From an uncultured archaeon (GTDB lineage Archaea > Nanobdellota > Nanobdellia > Woesearchaeales > CAIVOO01), in NCBI GenBank assembly GCA_963845175.1, contig CAWJRI010000012.1, positions 13,928 to 77,927 of the forward strand: a stretch of DNA of 64,000 bases. The letters are read 5' to 3'. Of the stretch, positions 36,370 through 45,196 are shown piece by piece. Both the position numbers and the translations under genes were made by a program. The notes beneath the pieces were generated by a model. That model worked only from the letters and a program-made list of their open reading frames with translations, searched no databases and had not been told where the DNA came from. Position 1 is the first letter of the stretch. Each line of letters begins with the position of its first letter.

Positions 36370-37196
36370 GAAGTAAAAAGGCAATAATAGGGAGTCTTGC
36401 AGCTGTTTTTATAGCGCTTATTATTTTGAACTTGTATGGAAATAATGCCTCAATTACCGGCTATGTTGCCAGGTCATCAGGCGATGTTCTTATTGATGTG
36501 CAGATAGTTGCAGCCAGCGACGCATTTAAGATGCTGGGAGAAGGGGCAAAGATATGTGCTGTGGTTGAAATGGACAAAAACACAACATATTATTTTGAAA
36601 TAAAAAAAACAGCCGGTTCATTTGTTCCTGAATCTAAATACTGCGCAGACCCGTCAAATGATGCTCTCACAATAAAATTCAATTCCTATGATGATTTTAC
36701 AAACTTCAAATCAGATCCTGCGGCTTTCCTGGGAAGCAAACAAAATACAGGTTATTATTTTTTCCCGTCAAAATATATACAGAGCGGTGGAGCAATCAAC
36801 TGTGATGCGGAATTCCAGCAGAGGTATTGTGCAGCTGCACAGTTTTTCTGGACAAAAGAGCAGTTAACAAGTCTGCAGCTTGACTGCTGTGCTAATTACG
36901 CGCTTCCGGCAGATGTTGAAAATCAAATAAAAACGCTGAAAACAGGGGCTGTCGAAAAGCCGGCAACTTTGATAAACACCACAAACCTAATAATAACAGT
37001 TGTGTTGCTGGCTGTGCTTGTTGCTTTGGTCCTTATTCTTTTAACAAAGAAAAAGCCAAAGATAAGCCCTGAAATAAAAGAGTATGTGGATAACAGCAGG
37101 GCGCAGGGCTTCACAAACGATCAGATAAGGGAGGCGCTTATGCAGAGCGGCTGGAAAGAGAAGGATATTAATAATATGCTGGGCAAAACTTTATAA
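36366..37196 (+). CDS. 276-aa bitopic membrane protein: Cys-containing extracytoplasmic domain and a short helical cytoplasmic tail
   Basis: N-terminal TM, second TM IITVVLLAVLVALVLILL, tail SRAQGFTNDQIREALMQSGWKEKDINNML. The ATG overlaps the glyS stop. Confidence 0.6.
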   Translation: MRSKKAIIGSLAAVFIALIILNLYGNNASITGYVARSSGDVLIDVQIVAASDAFKMLGEGAKICAVVEMDKNTTYYFEIKKTAGSFVPESKYCADPSNDALTIKFNSYDDFTNFKSDPAAFLGSKQNTGYYFFPSKYIQSGGAINCDAEFQQRYCAAAQFFWTKEQLTSLQLDCCANYALPADVENQIKTLKTGAVEKPATLINTTNLIITVVLLAVLVALVLILLTKKKPKISPEIKEYVDNSRAQGFTNDQIREALMQSGWKEKDINNMLGKTL

Positions 37197-37219
37197 ATTG
37201 TTCTTTTATCTCTTTTCCC

Positions 37220-37579
37220 ATGATTAAGGATTTAGAAGTCAAGCAGGGAAATGTGGAATTAATTGCAGAAGTTGCTGAAGTGGGCAATATAAGGGAGTTC
37301 AACAAATTCGGAAAATCAGGAAGAGTTGCAACAGCCATTCTGAAGGATGAGACAGGCGAGATAAAACTAAGCCTGTGGAACGAGCAGATAGACAATGTTC
37401 ATGCCGGCGACAAGGTTCACGTTAAAAATGGCTATGTCAGCGAATGGCAGGGAGAGAAGCAGCTGACAACAGGAAGGCTTGGAACAATTGAAGTGACTGA
37501 AAAGGGAAAGAACCCTGAAAAAGCAAAGGAAGAGATAACTGAAGAAATTCCTGAAGCCAAAGAAGAAGAGATAGAATAA
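37220..37579 (+). CDS. Single OB-fold ssDNA-binding protein (SSB/RPA-like) with an acidic C-terminal tail
   Basis: The OB pattern GRVATAILKDETGEIKLSLWNEQ...GDKVHVKNGYVSEWQGEKQL, followed by the tail EEITEEIPEAKEEEIE. Confidence 0.7.
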   Translation: MIKDLEVKQGNVELIAEVAEVGNIREFNKFGKSGRVATAILKDETGEIKLSLWNEQIDNVHAGDKVHVKNGYVSEWQGEKQLTTGRLGTIEVTEKGKNPEKAKEEITEEIPEAKEEEIE

Positions 37580-37685
37580 GGGGCGGTAGCTCAGCCTGGG
37601 ACTTGTCAATGATTTAGCCAGACAAGCAGGAAAGAGCACACGGCTGAAGACCGTGGTGTCGGGGGTTCAAATCCCCCTCGCCCCA
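37580..37685 (+). tRNA. tRNA-Phe: tRNA-Phe (anticodon GAA) with a ~30-32 nt intron in the D-loop
   Basis: Acceptor GGGGCGG/TCGCCCC with discriminator A. D-stem GCTC...GAGC. Anticodon arm CACGG-CTGAAGA-CCGTG. T-arm GGGGG-TTCAAAT-CCCCC. The D-loop region is 41 nt rather than about 9-11 nt and contains the hairpin CTTGTC-N13-GACAAG. Confidence 0.75.
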
Positions 37686-37728
37686 TTTATTTTTCTGCAA
37701 AGCAATAATAATTCATAGTAAATTGTTC

Positions 37729-39975
37729 TTATCCGCCAAGACTGGATTTAAGAATGCTCCCTGCAACAAGGTTGAAGATAATCATAATAGCCAAGGCAAG
37801 AAACACATACATCACTGTTGACCTTGTCAAATTCTGGCCAATCATGTATTCTTCATTCAATTTATCAACCCCGTTTTCTACGCCATTGGCCATAATTGTC
37901 AAGATATAAACTATTTGCACCACATAAATTCCAACGATAATCTGAAAATAAAACGTGGGAATGCCGTCGCCAAAAATATCCATCAAGCCGGCACCTGTCC
38001 CACCGGCAGAAGCTGCTCCGCCTGACTGTATTTTCGTGAGCTGCTCGCCAAGCCTTCCGATTATGGTTGTAATCATTGAGGTTATTCCAATCACAATACC
38101 AGAGATTGCCGGCGTAAGAAAATTTATCTGCGACTTCATGTCTGAGATTACATCAGCCATCAGGTCTTTCAATCTTTCGTCAACCTTATGTATTTCCTTT
38201 ATATAGGTTGAAACATTGATTATTGCCTGGGCTGCTATCATAGGCCCGCGTTTCGAGCTTTCAATAAGAACCTTCATTGAGCTGTCGATGAGATGAGAAG
38301 GATAGTTCAGGATGGCTCCCATCTTCGGATCAAATATTGCCTGCTCTACGCTAAAGCCCAATCTTCTTATATTCATCATCACTGCATTGAAAAAATCGCC
38401 TGAAGTTGTTCCCTCTGTCACGCTTGCAACCTTTTCAAAGGCAATCTCCGCAGGCAGTCCGTCTGCCAGCCTGTTTCCAAGCTGGAAAAGCGCAGAGGCG
38501 AAATCCTGCTCGAGCTTTTTGATATTTTCCCTTATCTGCATCACTGACTTTGACCTTATTTTGTAATAAATTCCTATACTCAGCCCCAGTGCCAAAGGCA
38601 ATGCCAAGCTCGCTATCGCAGCACCAAGACCATAGGGCCCGATTATCAGACCGGGTGTCTTCATCGATTCCCTATATTCAAGAAACTTGAACTGAATGTC
38701 CTTCATTTGCTCAGGTGTTGTGTATTGGTTGATAATCATGACATAGGGTGATTTAAGGGAAAATCCTATGTCCCATTTCGCGTCAGGAATAACTTTGTGA
38801 AGAATAAGTGGAGAAACTGAACAAACAAATAAGACTGCTCCAATAATTATGCTTATCACAAGCGGGGTGAAATTTATTTCAGCGCCAAGAAATTTGAGCC
38901 TGACCTTTTTGTATTTTTTCAGTTCTGGATTCGCCTCTGCAATATCCGCTTCACCATATCCTGTCGGCCTTTTTGAAAGAATGTTCGTTGTTAGGTAATA
39001 AACGCCTACAGGCAGTATTATGTTATAAAGCATTGCCAGCTGATACCAGGTAACGCCTTCCATGAAGCTGACAACAAGCGGCAGGATGACAAGGCCGAGT
39101 ATCGGCAGTATTATTCCAAGCATATGAAGCATTGTTATGGGTGACTTGAGATTTTGGGCGTAATGAAGCATTTTCTCGTATGTTTCCTCAAGAATTACTG
39201 TGAGCGACTTGTCCAGAACCGCAACCCTTCTTTCCTCGGAGCTTTCATACAATGATGATTCTAAAAGATGGAACGACTCTATGAATTCCATGTTCCATTT
39301 TTTCCATGTTTCCAAATAGGATTCAAGCGATTCCTTGACATTCTCATATTTTTCTGTCTCAACATCCCACATAACCTTCTTCAAATCAAGCGAAAGCGGC
39401 GGGGAAAGATGTTCGGATGCAAACTCTATTGCTCTTTCAATATTTGAGGTGTGCCTCATGTAGGTGACAACATAAAAAATACAGAGAACCATTTGGTTGG
39501 ATGCCTTCATTCTCCATTTGTTTGCCATAAAATCTGGAAATTTTGACAATGGAAAAATCAAGACAGCACCTATTATCATAGAAACAAGCATGAAAAACGT
39601 TGATGGGCTTCCGCCTGATACTGAAGGTATTGCGAAGCTGAGAAAAACTGTGACAAGAATGAACGCAACAGGCAGGAAATATGATGCACTCACAACCCCG
39701 GCAGGCGTTATGTTCAAATGGCATATTTTTATGTCCTCTTCAAGCTCCTTCCACCTTTTTTCATCGGGCTTAAGCTTGAGTATCTTTTCAGAAATATTGC
39801 AGAGCTTTTCATAGAATGACATGTGCTTCGGCATGTAAGTTTCCTTGAATTCCTTGTACTCAACAGAAGTTATAGGCCTTGCATTAACAGCCTGGCCGGG
39901 GGAAACTGTGCCTGCCTCTAGCTTTCCCTTATATTTAGAAATTAGTTCCTTTATCTCTTCTTCGGGTATTGGCAT
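37729..39975 (-). CDS. 748-aa polytopic membrane protein, candidate FlaJ/TadC/PilC-like platform protein (divergent)
   Basis: Starts 1 nt after the stop of the secretion ATPase gene. About 9 or more TM segments are separated by two cytoplasmic helical regions. The assignment rests mainly on gene context. Confidence 0.55.
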   Translation of the reverse strand: MPIPEEEIKELISKYKGKLEAGTVSPGQAVNARPITSVEYKEFKETYMPKHMSFYEKLCNISEKILKLKPDEKRWKELEEDIKICHLNITPAGVVSASYFLPVAFILVTVFLSFAIPSVSGGSPSTFFMLVSMIIGAVLIFPLSKFPDFMANKWRMKASNQMVLCIFYVVTYMRHTSNIERAIEFASEHLSPPLSLDLKKVMWDVETEKYENVKESLESYLETWKKWNMEFIESFHLLESSLYESSEERRVAVLDKSLTVILEETYEKMLHYAQNLKSPITMLHMLGIILPILGLVILPLVVSFMEGVTWYQLAMLYNIILPVGVYYLTTNILSKRPTGYGEADIAEANPELKKYKKVRLKFLGAEINFTPLVISIIIGAVLFVCSVSPLILHKVIPDAKWDIGFSLKSPYVMIINQYTTPEQMKDIQFKFLEYRESMKTPGLIIGPYGLGAAIASLALPLALGLSIGIYYKIRSKSVMQIRENIKKLEQDFASALFQLGNRLADGLPAEIAFEKVASVTEGTTSGDFFNAVMMNIRRLGFSVEQAIFDPKMGAILNYPSHLIDSSMKVLIESSKRGPMIAAQAIINVSTYIKEIHKVDERLKDLMADVISDMKSQINFLTPAISGIVIGITSMITTIIGRLGEQLTKIQSGGAASAGGTGAGLMDIFGDGIPTFYFQIIVGIYVVQIVYILTIMANGVENGVDKLNEEYMIGQNLTRSTVMYVFLALAIMIIFNLVAGSILKSSLGG

Positions 39976-39976
39976 T

Positions 39977-42241
39977 TTATTTCATCTGATACTTTTTTGC
40001 GGCTGCTTTCAGCCATTCATTAAATTCAAAGAAAATTCTTTTTGGGTCCAATGCGCCAAATTCTTCCCTCACTGTCTCTGAAATCTTGTGGAACTGGTCG
40101 TTACATAATACTACAAAATCAGCTTCCAGAAGCTCTGGCCTCTTTGCTGCATCTGAAATATCAACGATTGCCTTCTTGATATCCGCCCTCAACTGAACGT
40201 TTTCCCAGACAGCATCCCAGTTGCCTGCCCATTCCTTAACATTTCCTGCTATCGCTTTCAGTATGTCTGAATCGCCGTTTATCAAGTCATTGGAGCATTC
40301 AAGCTGGTCATGTTTTGATTCATATTTCATCAAATCGACAAATCCATGCTCGAGCAGCGGATCCTCCTCCCATTGCTTCCTTACCTCTGTAATGGAAGTG
40401 ACGCGCCTCCACCTGTGCATTCCGTCGGGGGATTTTATCGGGTTTGCAACAACAATTATGTCTGTTGCCTTGAATGATGTTTTTGGCACTTGCAAATCAT
40501 TTACAACCCTGTCATAAACTCCATAGGGGGAATCGCCATGGATTGTTCCTGCAACAACATTTGCAAGTGCGCCAACCCTCATTGCCTCGTAAAGCGCCCT
40601 TGCCTCTGTGCTCCTTACTTCACCAACAATCAGGGCAGAATCTCCCAGGCGCAGCGTCGTTCTTATGCCTTCATCTGCAGGTACTTCTGTTGTTCCTTTT
40701 GACATTGCGCTTGCAACCTTCATCTGCTGTATGTTGTATCCAAGATTCATTAAAGATCTTACAGGCAGTTCAAGCGTATCCTCGATTGTTATCATCCTGT
40801 AAGTTCTCATAACCTCAACCATTAAAGAGGCGAGAAGGGATGTTTTTCCTGCGCTTCTTGTCCCTGCAACCAGCAATGTCCTGTTTCCATCAATTATGAA
40901 GCTAAGAAGCCCTGCCGCAAGCGGGTTTAACATTCCCTGTTTTATGAAAAGCGGAAGTGTCCATGGCTTGTCCCTGTGCCTTCTGAATGCAAACGCAAGC
41001 CCTGTTGGATCAAGCGGCGGAGCAATAACACCTACCCTTGCCCTCGATCCAGGTATTTCTATTTCTGTATCTAAAATAGGATTTGCCTCGTCAAGCGGTC
41101 TGCCTGAAATCATCCTCAGCTTCGAGGCCCAGGACTCTGCCTCTGACCTTGTTATTATTGCATTTGTCCTGCAGTTGTCGAAATCCGCATGAACTATGAA
41201 CATCGGCGACTGGCCGGGCGGGCTGTTGATTGTTATGTCCTGTATTTTTTCATCCTGAAGAAGCACTTCAACAAGCCCGAAGCCGACAGTGTACCTGATT
41301 AATATTTCTGACAGCTCCACAATCTCGTCTTCTGTCAGAGTCATATTTCTGTATTTTGCAAGCTCCTCTATCAAATCCTTTCCGACGTTGAAGAAAACCT
41401 GCCTCATCCTATCAGGCTGCGTGAATTCCTCTGCCGTCGGCTTGTGCTCAGCCATTATTTTTCTTGCGGCATCCAAAACTTCATATTTTTCCTCTGAAAG
41501 CTTGAATTCAGGCGGCAGCATGTGATAAAGTGTATGGACTGTGTCAGGAAGTGTGAAGGCAGTTATTTCAGTGCCCTTTACCGTGTAGCTTGCAATCTCC
41601 TCTCCGCCAATCGGGTATGTTGCCATCAGCTTCGTAAACATGAAGTCCGGCTTTATCGCTGGCCTGAAAATTTTCTTGTAAACAGAGCGGTCAAGTTCGT
41701 AGCCGGCAAGATAGGGCTTGGCGATTGTAACCAACCTTGTTTTTTCCAAAAGAGAAAGTAAATATGTAATCAGTGAAAGGTATCTTTGCTGTCCCTGGAT
41801 TTCGGCATCTACGGTGTACTGCTCAAGTTTTATCCTTTCAGTTCTGAGAAGCCTTTTAAGTTCAACATAGCAACCCAGCGGATCTGAAGTGAGCAGCTGG
41901 AAAATTATTCTTTGGATATCATTGTATCTCTGCTCCTGGTCTCTTTTAAATGTCCCGCCAAAGCTCAGCGCCTCCAGGTTGAAAATATCCTTTTGCTTCA
42001 AAAGCCTATTGTATAGAAATGCAATCTCATTGAGAAGCTGGACCTGGTCAAACTCATATTCATAATCTCTTTTTTGGTAGAATATAACCTTTGTAACATT
42101 GCCGACTTCTGCAAGCTTGGCAATTGTCATTGACATGCAGTTTGGGTCGTCTTCAAGGGATGGCACCCTTAAATACTTTTCATAGTCTATTTTTAGTGTG
42201 ACTTCCCCGCCTTCCCTTGTTACATCATAATCGCCAGGCAC
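39977..42241 (-). CDS. Type II/IV secretion-family ATPase (FlaI/PilB/VirB11-like) with long N- and C-terminal extensions (754 aa)
   Basis: Walker A VAGTRSAGKTSLL, ITIEDTLEL (Asp box), ALIVGEVRSTEA (Walker B), AGTIHGDSP (His box). GTG start. Confidence 0.85.
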   Translation of the reverse strand: MPGDYDVTREGGEVTLKIDYEKYLRVPSLEDDPNCMSMTIAKLAEVGNVTKVIFYQKRDYEYEFDQVQLLNEIAFLYNRLLKQKDIFNLEALSFGGTFKRDQEQRYNDIQRIIFQLLTSDPLGCYVELKRLLRTERIKLEQYTVDAEIQGQQRYLSLITYLLSLLEKTRLVTIAKPYLAGYELDRSVYKKIFRPAIKPDFMFTKLMATYPIGGEEIASYTVKGTEITAFTLPDTVHTLYHMLPPEFKLSEEKYEVLDAARKIMAEHKPTAEEFTQPDRMRQVFFNVGKDLIEELAKYRNMTLTEDEIVELSEILIRYTVGFGLVEVLLQDEKIQDITINSPPGQSPMFIVHADFDNCRTNAIITRSEAESWASKLRMISGRPLDEANPILDTEIEIPGSRARVGVIAPPLDPTGLAFAFRRHRDKPWTLPLFIKQGMLNPLAAGLLSFIIDGNRTLLVAGTRSAGKTSLLASLMVEVMRTYRMITIEDTLELPVRSLMNLGYNIQQMKVASAMSKGTTEVPADEGIRTTLRLGDSALIVGEVRSTEARALYEAMRVGALANVVAGTIHGDSPYGVYDRVVNDLQVPKTSFKATDIIVVANPIKSPDGMHRWRRVTSITEVRKQWEEDPLLEHGFVDLMKYESKHDQLECSNDLINGDSDILKAIAGNVKEWAGNWDAVWENVQLRADIKKAIVDISDAAKRPELLEADFVVLCNDQFHKISETVREEFGALDPKRIFFEFNEWLKAAAKKYQMK

Positions 42242-42351
42242 AATACACCTCTTTTATTACTTTACTATAATAACACAAAATTTTATTTATTTAGTTATTT
42301 AAAAAGATTATTTAGGAATATATAAATATTACGTGTTATTTAATTGGAAAA

Positions 42352-42792
42352 ATGGCAAAGGAAGAAACGCCTGCTGGATCCACGGCGCCAGCAGTGCCAA
42401 AGACAAAGGAGCCGGCAATTGGTTTTGCTGAAGTGGCGAAGGAAGTCAACAACATAGAAAGGGCAATAAAAGTTCTAGAGGACAGGGTTTATAATCTTAG
42501 GGAAAAGGAAAAGATTGACAGCGAAAATGTGCTTGACACTAACAAAAAGGTTTTTGGCGAGATAAGGGTAATAAATTCTGACCTGCTTGATGTGAAAAGG
42601 GACGTTGAAGACATAAAAACAAAATTAAGGCTGATAATCAGCGATTTGAGAGTCTCGGCAAAGAAAGAAGAGATAGACCAGCTAAAAAAATATTTGGATC
42701 TGTGGGAGCCGCTTAATTTTATCACGAGAGGAGAGGTTGAAAAAATAGTTGAATCTATTATTGAAGACAAATTAAGAGAGAAAGGTTTATAA
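42352..42792 (+). CDS. 146-aa coiled-coil protein, divergent from the ATPase gene
   Basis: ORF track. Heptad-rich sequence with a low-complexity N-terminus. Confidence 0.55.
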   Translation: MAKEETPAGSTAPAVPKTKEPAIGFAEVAKEVNNIERAIKVLEDRVYNLREKEKIDSENVLDTNKKVFGEIRVINSDLLDVKRDVEDIKTKLRLIISDLRVSAKKEEIDQLKKYLDLWEPLNFITRGEVEKIVESIIEDKLREKGL

Positions 42793-42800
42793 AGATTAAA

Positions 42801-43388
42801 ATGCCAGAAGGTATTCCAACAGATGCTGTGCTTAAGCTTAGGGCACAGAGCCTGAGCAACAATCAGATAATTCAGACACTGCAGAGGCAAGGTTATAGCG
42901 TTCAGCAGATATCTGATGCAATGTCTCAGGCAGAAATGAAATACACCGTTGAGGGAGCTCCAATTTCAGGTGAAAAAATGCCAGAAGAACAACCATACTA
43001 TCCAGAAAATTATTCTGCAGGAGGGGAATCAGCGCAGCAGCCGACTTTCTCTGCAAAAAGCCTGCAGCCGATTGTTGAGAAAATAGTTGAGGAAAAGTGG
43101 GCGGAGCTTCTGAGGGACTTGGAGAAGCTTGCCAACTGGAAGGAAAAAACAGATGAAAGGCTTACAAAAATAGAATCGCAGCTGCTTGTTCTGAAAGACT
43201 CGTTTGACAGGCTTCATGAAGGTGTTCTTGGGCAGATTTCCGAATATGATAAAAGCATGAAGGATGTTGGAATCAGCGTGAAGGCAATGGAGGACGTGTT
43301 CAAAAAAGTTCTTCCGGGATTTGTCGAGAATGTTTCTGAATTGTCAAGAATAACACAGGAAATGAAGAAAACCACTGCAAAGAAATGA
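42801..43388 (+). CDS. 195-aa protein: small N-terminal helical domain, an acidic/Pro linker and a C-terminal coiled coil
   Basis: ORF track. The N-terminus LRAQSLSNNQIIQTLQRQGYSVQQISDAM resembles the tail of the protein at 36366..37196. Confidence 0.55.
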   Translation: MPEGIPTDAVLKLRAQSLSNNQIIQTLQRQGYSVQQISDAMSQAEMKYTVEGAPISGEKMPEEQPYYPENYSAGGESAQQPTFSAKSLQPIVEKIVEEKWAELLRDLEKLANWKEKTDERLTKIESQLLVLKDSFDRLHEGVLGQISEYDKSMKDVGISVKAMEDVFKKVLPGFVENVSELSRITQEMKKTTAKK

Positions 43389-43390
43389 TG

Positions 43391-43954
43391 TCAGGGTTTT
43401 GATTCTTCTGTTAAAAGCCAGATTGCAAACACAGCAATAAGCATAACGAAAAAGAAACTGAGGACTTTTGGACTAAAGAATGCCGTGCCTATATTATGAG
43501 AAACAGATGCTGTTGCTGTTCCGTTAACTGATGTCACATTTCCTCCACCAGTGTAAGCCAAAAGGCTGCTTCCGTAGACAGATGCAAATGACCCCATAAA
43601 TATTATTATTGCAATTATCAAAATCCAGTAGAATGCTGATCCTTCACTTCCGACAACTGCCTTTGAAAGCCAGTCATCTTGCACGCCAAACATTTTGTAA
43701 ATGACAAAGAGCAGGAATAGAAACATCATAACCACGACAAAGGCAGGCGCCATTGTGTCTATCAGCTTTATAACATTCGGCGAAAGCAGGGTGATAACTG
43801 CTAGGCAAAGCGCCAGTATGGCCCTGATTCCCGCCCTTCCTTCACCAAAAAACTTAAACGCCTCCATAGCAGCGTAGGCAACCACAAAGACAAAAAGAAA
43901 AGAGAAAACAGTAGAGATATTCTGCAAAAGTCCTATGTCAAGAAATGTTGCCAT
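43391..43954 (-). CDS. 187-aa five-TM membrane protein, paralog 3 of a tandem triplet
   Basis: ORF track. Same length and hydropathy layout as the two upstream genes, but more diverged. Confidence 0.6.
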   Translation of the reverse strand: MATFLDIGLLQNISTVFSFLFVFVVAYAAMEAFKFFGEGRAGIRAILALCLAVITLLSPNVIKLIDTMAPAFVVVMMFLFLLFVIYKMFGVQDDWLSKAVVGSEGSAFYWILIIAIIIFMGSFASVYGSSLLAYTGGGNVTSVNGTATASVSHNIGTAFFSPKVLSFFFVMLIAVFAIWLLTEESKP

Positions 43955-43969
43955 TTTATTAGGTATGTT

Positions 43970-44542
43970 TTATGGTTTCTTGGCCAACTTCGTCAATTCT
44001 TCGAAAAGGCCTCCTTTTTTTTCGCCGGGCTCCTTTGTTATGTAAGCCATCAGCACGAAAAATACAATTACGATGATTATTAATGCTTGTGTGCTCGGAT
44101 CCTCAAGGAAATAGAGCCAGCTTGGAAGGTTTTGAAAATAACCTGCTGCATTTACAAATACAAATATGACAAATAGTATGGCAAGTCCTATCATCCAGCC
44201 TGTTGCTTTGCTTTCTGCAAAGTTTGTTCCGCCCCATAATCCAAGCAAAAGCAGCAACATCACAACTGCAATTATGCCGACTGAAATGTTCGGCAGTGCA
44301 CTGTTAATTATATTGACAACATCTGCCTGTTGCGAGTACATTCCTGTGACATGCGGGATTACTACTGCAAGCCCCATAACCAATGCGACAATGATGTGAA
44401 CGTTTTTCTTTTCCTTGCCAAACAGCTCTGTTTTCTCCATTACTGCAAAAACAAGCGTGAATACCAGCAAAAAAGGCAGCAGAACATCTGCCACGCCAGC
44501 CTGCTGAAGGTAAAGAATTGCATCCTGAAAATTAATAGCCAT
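43970..44542 (-). CDS. 190-aa five-TM membrane protein, paralog 2 of a tandem triplet
   Basis: The N-terminus AGVADVLLPFLLVFTLVFAVMEKTELFG matches LGIYDVILPFLLVFSIVFAILEKTKVLG of paralog 1. Confidence 0.65.
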   Translation of the reverse strand: MAINFQDAILYLQQAGVADVLLPFLLVFTLVFAVMEKTELFGKEKKNVHIIVALVMGLAVVIPHVTGMYSQQADVVNIINSALPNISVGIIAVVMLLLLLGLWGGTNFAESKATGWMIGLAILFVIFVFVNAAGYFQNLPSWLYFLEDPSTQALIIIVIVFFVLMAYITKEPGEKKGGLFEELTKLAKKP

Positions 44543-44552
44543 GTTGTATCAC

Positions 44553-45116
44553 CTATCCTTTCTTTTCCTCCTTTTTCGGACTTTTTGTCACGAACCACAT
44601 GAATCCCACAACAACTATTGCCAGGATAATTGTGCCGACTGTGTTTCCTGACCAGTTTGATGAAATGTAACTAAATATATAATCAAGCCACGTCTGACCT
44701 GAGTCTGTCTTTATTGCGTGCAGGAATATTGCGACTATCGCAATAAACATGAAAAAAGAGAAGAATATCATCCATGGGTCATCCCATTTGAATTTTGTTT
44801 CCTCTGTGCCGAGAAATACGCCGACAAGCATTAGGAATGATACAGCCAGCAAAATCAGCAGCACAATGTTCGCCATTGTCTCGTTCACAATTGCAACAAG
44901 CTTTGTTGAGCCGACAACCAAAAATGCAATTACAAACGCAACCATTGAGTTGAGGTTCTTTTTTGTCAGCTTCTTTTCAGCGTCCTCGTATCCCAGCACT
45001 TTTGTCTTTTCAAGTATTGCAAAAACAATAGAGAAAACAAGCAGGAACGGCAAAATCACATCATAAATGCCAAGCTGGTTAAAAAACTCTATAACACCTC
45101 TAAACGTAGTTGCCAT
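44553..45116 (-). CDS. 187-aa five-TM membrane protein, paralog 1 of a tandem triplet
   Basis: ORF track. Intergenic gaps within the triplet are 10 and 15 nt. Confidence 0.65.
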   Translation of the reverse strand: MATTFRGVIEFFNQLGIYDVILPFLLVFSIVFAILEKTKVLGYEDAEKKLTKKNLNSMVAFVIAFLVVGSTKLVAIVNETMANIVLLILLAVSFLMLVGVFLGTEETKFKWDDPWMIFFSFFMFIAIVAIFLHAIKTDSGQTWLDYIFSYISSNWSGNTVGTIILAIVVVGFMWFVTKSPKKEEKKG

Positions 45117-45196
45117 ATAGCTGTTTTAACTATATTCTATATATAAATGTTGCGTTTTTAGAAAAGTTTATAATAATCATTTCCAAAGGAAGTTTT

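Noticed and set aside
45110-45196. 29-codon upstream extension of RtcB in the track
   Set aside because: It begins at a non-ATG codon within the divergent promoter region and overlaps the start of the membrane-protein gene at 45116. RtcB homology begins near ATG 45197.
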